From Paraspadella gotoi (taxonomy: Eukaryota > Animalia > Chaetognatha), in assembly GCA_051294375.1 (NCBI GenBank), contig CM119265.1, forward strand, positions 24,921,605 to 24,985,604: a stretch of DNA of 64,000 nucleotides, written 5' to 3'. Below, piece by piece: positions 52,234 to 64,000 of the stretch (its first letter is position 1; each line of letters begins with the position of its first letter). The notes beneath the pieces were generated by a model. It saw only the letters and a list, made by a program, of their open reading frames with translations. It was not told the origin of the DNA and made no database searches. The translations under genes were made by a program, and so were the position numbers.

Positions 52234-53141
52234 CCGATATTTGATATTTTTAGCTTCGACCTTGCACTCTCTCTCTTTCAAACTCTAANNNNNNNNNNNN
52301 NNNNNNNNNNNNNNNNNNNNNNNNNNNNNNNNNNNNNNNNNNNNNNNNNNNNNNNNNNNNNNNNNNNNNNNNNNNNNNNNNNNNNNNNNNNNNNNNNNNN
52401 NNNNNNNNNNNNNNNNNNNNNNNNNNNNNNNNNNNNNNNNNNNNNNNNNNNNNNNNNNNNNNNNNNNNNNNNNNNNNNNNNNNNNNNNNNNNNNNNNNNN
52501 NNNNNNNNNNNNNNNNNNNNNNNNNNNNNNNNNNNNNNNNNNNNNNNNNNNNNNNNNNNNNNNNNNNNNNNNNTTAATATTTCATTTTTGAAAAGAATTG
52601 TTTTTATATATTTATTTATATAGCTATACTATTGTTTATTACTATTAACTCTGGTTTTTCTCATGTGTCATGTTTTAGTAATAGTATCTAAAACAGAATT
52701 TACTTTGTATTACCCTTAGTTAGTAATGATTATTTTCAAAGTCATTTTGTCTAACTTTTCTTCATTACAACTCTCAATGTTAAAAAAAAAACAAAAAAAA
52801 ACTAAGCAACACAACACGTAGAGTTTTCTATTACTAATCAAAACGCAAAATGTCGAAAAAAAATAAAGAGAAAAAAAAAAGAGAAAAAAAAATCGTTCGT
52901 ATTTTGTTTTCATTTCTTTCACTTTTGCAATGAATCAATAAAATGTCATCGTCCAAATTTAAAAATACTTAAAAAAATAAATTGAATTTTAAAAATGCAT
53001 CAATTTTTTTTAAGATCACGTGGTTTTTTTTTGCGGGTCTGAGGCAAATGAGGCATCCGCCATAAATCCCGAAAAAAAAGCATCGCAAGCATCGGTTTCC
53101 AATATTTCTTGGACTCAATTTTTTTGTGTCGCAACCATGAG

Positions 53142-53201
<60 letters not shown>

Positions 53202-53222
53202 CCAGGGCCCCATAGAGCTGAT

Positions 53223-53823
53223 TCATCCCAACATGAGAGCCTTGAACTCGTCGTAATCGACCCACCCAGATCCGTCTTCATCGATCTCTGCAATCATGTC
53301 GTTGAGATCCGCTTCGGTGAGGTTCTGAGGAAAGTAAGTTAGGGATGGAGGTGGGGGAAGGGAGGTGGGTAGCGATTGATGGGAGCGGGTGAGGAGGTCA
53401 GGTGGAAGAAGAGAGTCGATTAAATCTCTTAAATTATTATTAAATTAAATTTTTCGGTTGGAAGAGATGGCAAAGCGTCAGTATGCGAACTCCACCGGAA
53501 CAGTTTTGGTTCCCTGTTTTATTTACCATCTCTTATAAAAGACAATCAAATTTATATAAAAAATTAGTTTATACAAATAATGAAACAATTTTCCTATAAC
53601 AGAAACTTTTTTTCCTGTATTTTCTATTGTGATAACAGATAACACATAGTTATCATTGTATCTATTTATTTGCATCTGTATTATCTACTTCATGTATATG
53701 AATAAAAATTCCTTATTAAAAATATTTTCAATGATTTTTCGAAAAGTCCAATCATACTTTATTCTTTTATGTATAATATTTGTGACCTGAGCATCTAGCC
53801 GCTTTAGAGTAAGTCGATTGGAT

Positions 53824-53875
<52 letters not shown>

Positions 53876-55850
53876 AAAATGAGAAGAAAATTTCGTAAGA
53901 AATAATAGGCCCTTAGAAGATGTGGAAGCTCATAATGATGGTGATGTTGTTGAAGGAAAAATGATGGAGAAACTGAAGGAAAGAGGAAGAGGAGGAGGAG
54001 AAGGGATAACAAATTCGATCGATATCGAAAACGGATTCCAACGCTGCGCTATGCTACGCTGCGTATACTGACAATTTGCCACGAGAGCCCGTTGCTACGC
54101 GAAAATGCAAGGCCGTGACGGAGGAAGCGATTTCCCAAAGCAGAATGGCAAATGACAAATCATCTACATTTGACTGAATGATATTAAAATTTGATACACA
54201 TGATTAGAACGTATAAATAAAATAATAAGCGTTTTATCGCACATTGGTTACTCATTGCATTGCAAATCCGACTCACGTCGTCGAGTTTCTGCAGAATCTC
54301 TCTGATGACGTCCGTGTGAATTTCTCCTTTTCCGTCACGATCCAGGATCCTGAAAGCTTCTTTCACCTGTGAAGTGAGAAGGAATTGTGAAGAAAAGAGG
54401 CTGAGTGGTGAATCAAATCTACTCATACAACTAGACAGCTGCATGTGAACCGATCGAAACCGGGTTGGCATTGTTCTAAAACATAATTGTTGGTAGTGTT
54501 TGTTATGATATTAATATCGTTGAGAGTTCTGCCTTTTGGGAGTCCAGGCTACAATTCTTAATTCTTCATCCTTTTATCTTCCTCCTTTCTCATCCCCTCA
54601 TCCTCCTCTCTCATCTTCTCTCACCTCAACCTCATCCTGCGCCTCCTTCGTCTTGGTCCTCATCAACTCCATAAACTCATCGATGTCCACCGATCCGCCG
54701 CCGTCAGCGTCGACGATCTTGATGCATTCCTCCAACTCGTCGTCCTTGAGGTTGTGACCCAACATTCGCATCACCGTCCCAAGTTCGGAGGTGGGGATCT
54801 CTCCCTGACCTGAAGGAGGAGAAGGGGGAGGAAGAGGGAGGAAGGGAAGGGGAGGAAGGGGGGAGTGGGGAGGAAAATAAGAAAAAAGAAGTAGAAGAGA
54901 GAGGGAGGAAAGGGAAGAGAGGCAGGGGGGAAGAAGAGAGAGGAGGGGAAGAGAGGAAGGAGACAGAGTGGAGGAAAAGACGGGGAGAAGGATGGGAGGA
55001 AAATGAGAAAGAAGTAGAAGAGAGAGGAAGAGAGGAGGGGGAAGAAATGGAGTGGAGGCAGTGGGGAGGAAGGGAAGAGAGAAGAGGAAGAGCGAGAGAA
55101 TGATTTAGAAATATGAGGAGTGAAAACTGAGTGGAAAAAAAAAAGTCAATAAATATTGAAAGAAAAATAATTGAAAAATACTACAAACCTTATTTAAAAA
55201 GAAATAAGAAATCAAAATTAAATGCAGGCAAAGAAGGAAGAAAGCCTAAAAAATAAAAAGCAAAAAGAAAAAAAACCAAACCGGATGAGAATCACAAGTC
55301 GACAAGGCAATCATGCCGATGAAATTCCTTGTCTATGAGTTAAAATACCCGCCTTGCTTAAGGAGTTGCCACGTTTTAAAAGTTTCCCCAGAAGGAAGGT
55401 AAAGCACCGGAATGGAACTCGGGTCCTTGTAGACATTGAGCCATCGGTGTACTATAGTATACTTTTACTGTATCGTAGCTGATGATATTACTCAATGCGC
55501 CACCGGGTCAGGACTAAAGGTCTCATGCTTATAGACGGGGTTAACTTATGCAACGCCCGACTACAGTACCTTACAAACAGAGACTAAAAAAAAACAAAAC
55601 AAAACAGAACAAGCATTAAAAACAAAACGAAAGGGAAAATAAAACAGTCGTGCATATGTAGGATCGAATCCTACACATATAATAAGAAAAGATTTAAAGA
55701 AACAGAAAAAAAAAGTGAAAACAAAAAAACTGTACCGGCTGCGTCGAACTTCTTGAAGGCGTCTTTGAAGTCGGCGACCTGATCGTCCGTCAGCGTGAAG
55801 GTGTCCTCCTCCTCCTCCTCCTCCTCTTCCCTCGCGTGATCGTCGGACAT
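53223..55850 (-). CDS. Troponin C-like / calmodulin-family four-EF-hand protein, 163 aa
   Basis: Exons 55850-55736, 54809-54625, 54366-54277 and 53324-53223 sum to 492 nt. Loops: I DAAGQGEIPTSE (degenerate), II DADGGGSVDIDE, III DRDGKGEIHTDV (no position-12 Glu), IV DEDGSGWVDYDE. Sites II and IV intact is the pattern known for arthropod troponin C. A probable non-coding 5' exon donor lies near 57211. Confidence 0.9.
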
Positions 55851-55894
55851 CTCGGGTCTTCGTCGGAGGAGGAAGGAGACTGGAAGGGGAATTC

Positions 55895-56900
55895 CATTGA
55901 TTGGTTTGATCGATGGATTGATTGAATAACGTGATTGATTTGACTTCATTGATTTGGTTAATTGATTTGATTATCTGATTTGATTGATTTGATTTGATTT
56001 GATAGAGGAACTGATTGATCGATGGATTGATTGAATAACGTGATTGATTTGACTTCATTGATTTGGTTAATTGATTTGATTATCTGATTTGATTGATTTG
56101 ATTTGATTTGATCGATGAACTGATTGATTGATGGATTGATTGAATAACGTGATTGATTTGCCTTTATTGATTTGGTTAATTTATTTGATTAACTGATTTG
56201 ATTGATTTGATTGGTTTGATTGATGATGAACTGATTGATTGATGGACTGCAATTGATCGATGCGATTGATTGAATAACGTGATTGATTTTCGACCTTCAT
56301 TGAATTGATTAATTAATTTTAATTACTGATTTGAATTGATTTGAATTGGTTTTGATTTGATTTGATTTGATTCGATGAAACTGATTGATCGATGGACTGA
56401 TTGTCGATGGATTGATTGAATAACGTGATAGATTTGACTTCCATTGATTTGATTAACTGATTTGATTTATTTGATTGGTTTGATTTGATTTGATCGATGG
56501 ACTGATTGATCGATGGACTGATTGTATAACGTGATTGATTTGATTGAATTGATTTGATTAATTGATTTGAGTAACTGATTTTATTGATTTGGTTGATTGA
56601 TTTTTTTTATTTGACTGATTTATCGATGGACTGATTCATTATTTGATTGATTTGACTAATTGATTCGATTAATTAATATGAATAATTGATTTGATTTATT
56701 GATTATATTAATTTTATGAACTTGATTGATTGATTGACTGATTTATCGATGGACTGACTTGATTTAATTTGATTTATTTGATTTGATTTATGGATTTGTT
56801 TAATTGATCCATTTGTTTGATTGATGGAATGATTTCTTGGTTGTTTGATTGATAAAAATGATTGATTAGATTGATTGACTGATAGAATGATGGATGGTTG
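55895..56900. repeat. (TTGA/TTTGA)n-derived satellite with a higher-order period of about 110-130 bp
   Basis: Recurring gatcgatgga(t/c)tgattgaataacgtgattgattt landmarks near 55908, 56017, 56128, 56260, 56405 and 56510, decaying toward the right. Confidence 0.9.
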
Positions 56901-57272
56901 ATTTATTATAAATTTATTATTAGTTAATTCATATATTGATTTATTTTATGTTGGTTTATTATCAGATGATTATATGATAAGGGTAACAATGAAAATGATT
57001 TGTCAATCGAAAAATGATATTGATTGGCTAATACATGGATTTTCTTATTTTATCAGTCAGAGATTGAATAAATAAAAATCAGTGAGAGATTTTGATGAAC
57101 CGGTATATTTTCTTCAAAGAAGACGATGCGACTTTTAAATCAACGGCCAATTGTAATTTTATTAAAAAAAATTTTGGGTGAGAAAAATTTGGGAGAAAAA
57201 AAAATTCTTACCTCAAAACGAAAAACGGAGGCGAATCTAATTCGAGTGAGAAAATCAAAGAGAAAACATGAA

Positions 57273-57311
<39 letters not shown>

Positions 57312-57444
57312 ACTCCGCTAATCGAAAATAGGAAGACAGGAAGAGGAAGAGGAGAAAAATGGAGATGGGGAGGGAAGGCGGGAAGGAGGGAAGAGAGAGA
57401 GAAGAGAGAGAGGAGAAAAGAGACGAGAGAGAGAGAGAGAGGAG

Positions 57445-57492
<48 letters not shown>

Positions 57493-58915
57493 TTCACCGG
57501 CAACTCGTCACGTTTGAACGCAATCGACATTTTTGTCTCCTGAGATTCGACTACAGGGAAGACAGGATTTAACCTCAAGTTTTTCGTTGGGGAAAGTGAG
57601 AACCGCGGATTTCGAAATCCGTTTTTACAGGGGAATCTTTTAAATGGTATTAAAACAGTTTTGTTAAAACGTTACTTAATATTATAACGTTTTCATAAAG
57701 TTTTATTTCTTTTTATTCTATCTTTTAAAGTTACTTTCTTAACCGCTTGAAACTAATTGAATGAAATAATTGCGAAGCAAAGATTTCAATCAATTCAGCG
57801 TTTTTTAATTTTTTTTATTATAAATATTATAGTATAATAAATAATAAATATCCAATACAATTTCTAAATGTCCTCTGTATGTCCTCTACTCTTTCCTCTT
57901 TCCTCCTTTCATCCGTCTTGTCCTTATTTCATGTCCTTTTTTTTGTCCTTTTTTTTCTCCGCCCATAATCGCCCCAATAAAGCGTTAATCCTTTCAACAA
58001 ATCCTTTCGGATCAAATAAAGATTTTTCGTCCTCAGATTCACTTCACGTTTCCGACCTTCCCTTCGGTTCTCTCTCTTCTCCCCCTTTTCCTCTTCTTCT
58101 TCTCTCTCCTCTTCTTCTCCTTCTCCTCTCTCCCTCCTCCTCTCCTCTTCTTCTCCGCTCTCCCTAATCTCCCCTCCCTCTCTCCTCTTCTTCTCCCCTT
58201 CCCATCCTTCTCCTCTTCTCCCTTGCCGTTCATACTCTCCTTCTCCTGCCTCCCTCTCCCCAATCATCTCACGCTTTTCGACGGCGATCTGAGTGATTTG
58301 AGAGAGAGGGAAAGCTATGATAACAAGGGCTCTCTTCTCCTCTTTCTCTCTCTTCTCCTCTCTCGTCTCTCTCTCTGCTCTCTCCTAATCTCTCCAACTG
58401 CTCTCTCCCTTTCTCTCTTCCCAATCTCCTGCCGGAGGCTCGAGGTCACTTGGGTCGAGGGCGCACCCGGTCACCCCGCTGTCGCTCTCATTGCGTTAGA
58501 TGGTTGGTTTTTATTATTTGAATTTTTTTCGTTGATCTCGTTCTACTCGTCTCTCCTCCTCTCTCTCCTCTCCGCTCTTCATCTCTCTCTGCGCTCCACC
58601 AAAAAGATAACATCCCCTGTGAGTTGTTCAATAAAGTATTGTTGACATTCTTTCTTGAGAAGGGAGAAAATTTAAGAAATAACAATAATCTCGACGGATT
58701 TTCTTTCGTTTCTTTCTTTTTTTCTATTTTTTTTTATTTCGTCGTTTTATCTTTTGACGCATCCGACCGCCGGGTCCTATTTTCTAGTCCTAGTCCTATT
58801 TCTTTAGAATCGGTTTTCCTCATTCTCGCGATGACGGAAATGATTTCAACGTTGGGTCTTTTCCTGGATTTAGATGAGGTCCTTCCGTCCGTCTGTCCGT
58901 CTCTCGGTCAATACA

Positions 58916-59002
<87 letters not shown>
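58916..59002. repeat. (TAA)n microsatellite
   Basis: Read directly. Confidence 0.95.
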
Positions 59003-59549
59003 TACTAATAACAATAATAATAATTAAAAAAAGGGGAATAGTTACTTAAAATATATGATATCAANNNNNNNNNNNNNNNNNNNNNNNNNNNNNNNNNNNN
59101 NNNNNNNNNNNNNNNNNNNNNNNNNNNNNNNNNNNNNNNNNNNNNNNNNNNNNNNNNNNNNNNNNNNNNNNNNNNNNNNNNNNNNNNNNNNNNNNNNNNN
59201 NNNNNNNNNNNNNNNNNNNNNNNNNNNNNNNNNNNNNNNNNNNNNNNNNNNNNNNNNNNTCGTGTTTTTGTTTCTTAAATCGCGATTTTTTTTTTTATTT
59301 CTTTATTTTATTTTCATTTTATTTCCGTTTTATTTCTTTCTATTTCCGTCCTGGGCTGCGGCAAAGATTTAGGGTTACCGATTCGAGGTTGGGAATAAAG
59401 GGAGGGGAGAAATGTGAAAAGATGTGAGAAGAAAAAAAAGGGAATCACAAAGAAAAACGAAATGAAAAAAAAAATGGCAATCGTGAAAAGAATGTGGTTA
59501 ATAAATATAATGCGGAGTACAATATAGTATTGCCCGATCTAATACTTAA

Positions 59550-59760
59550 GGGAGTGGTCTTTTCATACAATTGAAACGTTCTTTGAAATATAATACCACT
59601 TCATTGATAGGGAAGCCAGGTTCACTGGGAGTGAATAAATAAGACTGTGAGAGAGTCTTGATTGAATTATCTTGTAAGTGTGATGGAGGCCTTAAACCAC
59701 CAAAGCCCGTCCAAAGTCAGGGACAAGATCGCTTATTTATTAAATGAATGGATAATTTTT
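59550..59760 (+). mobile_element. Dispersed ~210-bp interspersed repeat, copy 2
   Basis: Colinear with 38365-38594, with an internal deletion of roughly 25 bp relative to it. Confidence 0.75.
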
Positions 59761-60035
59761 ATATTGGTTGTACCAATTTCATAAGGAAGTGGAAGTTTTT
59801 CAAATATATTGTAGCAGAAGCCCATATCAGATTTCAAGTTTAGTTAAATCTCTAAACTAAAGTAAGTTCCTTCCAACTCGACTCACCCTCGTCCTTTCCC
59901 GACTCGACTCTCGTGAAGCCTTATATCCTTTCTCTTTGGATCGGTGAATGGGTTCACGATCTCATTCACTCCACGACCGATTTCACCGAAAACGAATCCG
60001 AGGAGTCAACTTCACAATTCGGTCGCCTCGACCTT

Positions 60036-60320
60036 TGTCTTTTGTACTTCGCCTTTCGTCTTTTGTACTTCGCCTTTCGTCTTTTGTACTTCGACTTTCG
60101 TCTTTTGTACTTCGCCTTTCGTCTTTTGTATTTCGACTTTCGTCTTTTGTACTTCGACTTTCGTCTTTTGTACTTCGCTTTTCGTCTTTTGTACTTCGCC
60201 TTTCGTCTTTTGTACTTCGCCTTTCGTCTTTTGTACTTCGCCTTTCGTCTTTCGCCTTTCGTCTTTCGCCTTTCGTCTTTCGTCTTTTGTACTTCGCCTT
60301 TCGTATTTCGCCTTTCGTCT
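60036..60320. repeat. 21-bp minisatellite (cttttgtacttcgcctttcgt, about 10 full copies plus a degenerate tail)
   Basis: Read directly; it produces the spurious LLYFAFR and VQKTKGE ORFs. Confidence 0.93.
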
Positions 60321-60526
60321 ATAAATCATCGTATTTCGTCATCCATCTTTCGTCTTTCGTTAAATCGAACTCGACTTTTATCTTTTCCGCGTTTAACGAA
60401 TTAAAAAAAATACTAGGAGTTTAATCTTTATGTGTTTATATCTTTACTTTGCGAGCTTATCATCTAAAAGAAAATCGTTAAATGATTGTCTGTCTGTCTG
60501 GCTGTCTGTCTATTTCCTACGGCGCT

Positions 60527-60577
<51 letters not shown>

Positions 60578-61422
60578 CTCCTTCTTTCTCATAATAATGT
60601 TAGGAATTGCAAATATTTCGTGATCATAACCCTGAGAGCGGAGGGTTACTTTAAAATTAGTTTTATTTTATTTCATAATTAAAAGCGACGAATTTCGATC
60701 ATTGATAAACTTAATGAAATATAATTCAAACAAAAACATTTTTGTTGGAATTGAGAAAGAAATGGAAAGGAGGAGACCTATTGATTCATACTTGAATTTT
60801 ATGTTTCGGGTTTTGGATCATTCCGTTAAATTCTTACTTGCGTTCTATGTTTTTGATGTATTTTAAACCTTTCACTCTAATAATAAAAATGAATTTATTA
60901 CTACTGTGATTAAGGTCATTGTTTGACCGCGCTTTTTGAAATTTTACTGAGGGCATTGGAGTTGTATTTGAAAAAAAAATTATGGACTTGATTTACCAAT
61001 TTCGATTGGCCATCCTCACTTATATCTTCTAAAAGAAACGCAGCAATGGAGAAAGGCAGCAACGACACGGACAATTAGCAGAGAATAACCAAGGACCATC
61101 TGAGTCGTCCCTCTGCGATTTCTTGGCTCTCAACACCACTTTGCCTCCTTCTCCCAGAAGAAATCATTTGGGACTTTTTGCAGGGAGAGTGGAATAAAGA
61201 GAGAGAGAGAGGGAGGGAGATGANNNNNNNNNNNNNNNNNNNNNNNNNGAGAGAGAGAGAGAGAGAGAGGGAGAGAGAGGAAGAGAGAAAGAGAGAAGGA
61301 TGGAGAGAAAGACAGTGAGAGAGATAGAGAGATAAGGAGGCGACAGCTTGTAAGCGTGAGAAAGAAAGGTAGAGAGAGAGAGAGATAGAGAGAGACAGAG
61401 AGAGATAGAGAGATAGAGAGAT

Positions 61423-61467
<45 letters not shown>

Positions 61468-62404
61468 TATACAATTGCAAAAGTGCGAGAATGGTCATCA
61501 TGCTTTTTCGTTCTGTTACATTATGAATTGATTAAATCTGCGCTGTAACATTCTAATAAAACATAACAAATAACAAAAAAACCGATCGAGTGTTAATTAA
61601 TAACTTGGCAAACGTGACGATTGTTATTTTGTTTCACACAACATTACTTTTGTTTTGTTTTTTATAAGTGGTGCGTTTTTTTTTAATGCAAAGTTGAAGG
61701 GGAGGGCCGGAGGGGGGGGGGGCGGCAAATGGAATGAGAAACTAAAATCTTAACGAGAAAAAATTATTATTGTAAGGGTTCTGTTTCAAATTTAACAAGT
61801 CTCAGTTGAAATAATACGAGTTAATAAGATTACTTATCTCTGTAATAAAAACTTAGTTTTGGCATTTTCCGGTGTAAGATAACAAAATTTTCTCTCTCTT
61901 AAAAAAAATATAAAAATTCCAATGGGCGAGGATCATTTAAATTTCATAGTAAAGGGGATGTATTAAAGTTTCGTGACTAATATATTAAACATTCAACATG
62001 ACATACCGCGTACTTTTGTTCGTGACGCGTCGCGGTCCGTCACAAAACGTGACACGTCGCACAAATAATCGAAGATCAATTGTTTTTTAACTGTTTCTGT
62101 TTCTTCGAATATTGTTTCGTGTTTTTCTTTATTATTTTTGGTTTCAGAAAACAATTCTGATTACAGATTTACGCGTGAACGCATCATTTATCAAAAATGA
62201 AAAAAAATTACGGGGGATAAAGATTTGAGGTAAGAATAAAGACTAAATACGATTTTATTATTTTTTTTGCCCTAAAAAGTTTTTTTTTAACTCTCTCGCG
62301 CGAGAGTCTCTTTTCTTTTCTTTCCTCTCTTTTTTTCTCCCTTTCCTCTCTGTATCTTCACTACTTTCCTTTCTTTTCCTCCTTTCCTCCCTCCCTCCCT
62401 TTCG

Positions 62405-62656
62405 TCAAACTTCTTCCTTTCCTCCCTCCGCTCCTCTTTTCCTCCTCTTCTTCTTCCTCTTCCGCCTCTTCCTCCTCCAGACGTCGCATCTGTGCCCGGG
62501 ATGCATCCTCGAGCCGACGGGGCACTGGAAGGCTGCGGCGAACTCGTCCGTTTGGGCCGCGGGGCCGTTGACGCGGAGTTGGCGGGTGAGGAGGGCGGAT
62601 GTGTTAGATCTCTCGTTGTTCTCTTTTAAAGCTTTTCTCTCTCTCTCTCTCTCTCT

Positions 62657-62741
<85 letters not shown>

Positions 62742-63835
62742 ATCATCCACTTTTTTTGTTTTCTCTAATTATCCTATTTTTCCCCCATATTTATTTTTAT
62801 TTAATGTTTGNNNNNNNNNNNNNNNNNNNNNNNNNNNNNNATGTTAATTTGGTTATAGATTTTTCTTTTTTCCCAAAAATCTTTCTTTCCCCCCAAAATC
62901 TCCCACTCACCCTGCTGCCGCGGTCGCCGCTGACGCTGCACCACTGCTGCGCTCCCGCCACGAAGAAGATCTGATCGTTTGTAAGGTTGAGACCGGGTAG
63001 GCGTGTCTCACCGCCCGCCGCTTCCGCCCACGAGAGGTAAGCGGCGAAGGCGGCGCGAAGACCCGAAGTGTCGGCGAGGTTCTCCTCCAGAGTCTCGTTC
63101 TCGTCGAGGGGGGAGAACCCAGACTCTCTGGGGTCAAGAGGAGGGGATTGGAATGTATGTGATTTTAGTGATTGACTCACAATTATTAACAAGTTTTTAA
63201 TGATTGACTCACAATTATTAACAAGTTTTTAGTGATTGAATCACTTTTATAAATAAGTTTTTTAGTCATTGGCTCACTTTTGTTAACAAGTTTTCAGTGT
63301 TTGGTTCTTTTTTATTAACGAGCTTTTAGTGATTGGTTCCCCTTCATAAACAAGGTTTTAGTGATTGATTTTATTAACAAGTTGATCATCTCATTCATTT
63401 TTAAATTAAAAAATTCTTTCCCGTTTTCATCAGCGATTGAATCTCTATTTTCTTGGCTTGCATCACTCGCGACAATGATTTGCTCGCTTTCTTCATGTGT
63501 TTTGGTGATCCCATCACATTCATGACATTTGTTTGGGACTATTTCACTCTCCAGTGGAGAATGATTTCTATCCGTCAGCCATTGGCTGCCATATATTTCC
63601 TATATTTCCTCAACGACTTCGGTGATTCTCCAACCAATGGTTTGCTCACCCCAGTGATTGGCTCACGCGTTTCCTGATTGGCTCACCTGTAGGCGGCGTA
63701 GTGATTGACAAGGCACTTGAGTCGCGCGAGGATTTTCCCTCTCGTCCGCGCGTCGAACCAATCGGGGCGGAGCGTCCCGTCGGAGTCGTAGTTGAGGCCG
63801 TCGATGCCGAACGCGTGGGCGATTTCGTGGCCGAC
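62405..63835 (-). CDS. M13 family (neprilysin/ECE-like) metallopeptidase, last three exons; 5' part lies beyond the window
   Basis: Exons 63835-63687 (VGHEIAHAF, HExxH), 63127-62911 (TLEENLAD, ExxxD; LPGLNLTNDQIFFV...WC) and about 62611-62405 (LRVNGP...EFAAAFQCPVGSRMHPGHRCDVW). Confidence 0.9.
63163..63382. repeat. ~33-bp intronic minisatellite (ttttagtgattgactcacaattattaacaagt-like, 6-7 copies)
   Basis: Read directly, in an intron of the M13 gene. Confidence 0.85.
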
Positions 63836-64000
63836 CTTTAGAAGGACCGAGCAATCAATCGATTGAGCAATCAATCAATCAATCCAATCAATCAATCCAA
63901 TCAAATCAACTTTAGAAGAATCAATCAATCGATCAATCAATCCAATCAAATCAACTTTAGAAGGACCAAGAAAACAATCGATTGAGCAATCAATCAAACA

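Noticed and set aside
48159-52281. ORFs containing long X runs
   Set aside because: They span assembly N gaps.
59913-60424. Repetitive ORFs (LLYFAFR)n and (VQKTKGE)n
   Set aside because: By-products of a stop-free 21-bp minisatellite; no splice or codon-bias support.

Overview
Eukaryotic (animal, probably arthropod/crustacean by inference) draft-genome window with short AT-rich introns, GC-rich exons, abundant microsatellites and several N gaps. There are no prokaryotic features. Genes reconstructed by hand from splice sites and phase: (1) the 3' ~22 kb of the giant ubiquitin ligase UBR4/p600/poe (+, about 48 exons, 5' end outside the window); (2) an EF-hand rhomboid protease (-); (3) a 399-aa type I membrane protein with three copies of an 8-Cys module I do not recognise (-); (4) a myosin essential light chain (+); (5) a small, probably tail-anchored orphan gene (-); (6) a troponin C-like EF-hand protein (-); (7) the 3' end of an M13/neprilysin-like gene (-). 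The top finding is a symmetric 192-nt exon inside UBR4 that encodes what looks like a circularly permuted ZZ-type zinc finger retaining the acidic N-degron-binding residues, so it may be a splice-switchable second N-degron reader in an N-recognin. Other points: the unrecognised Cys-rich receptor, an intronic ~125-bp palindrome, three GC-AG introns, a dispersed ~220-bp repeat, and two single-base frameshifts at homopolymers that are probably assembly errors.
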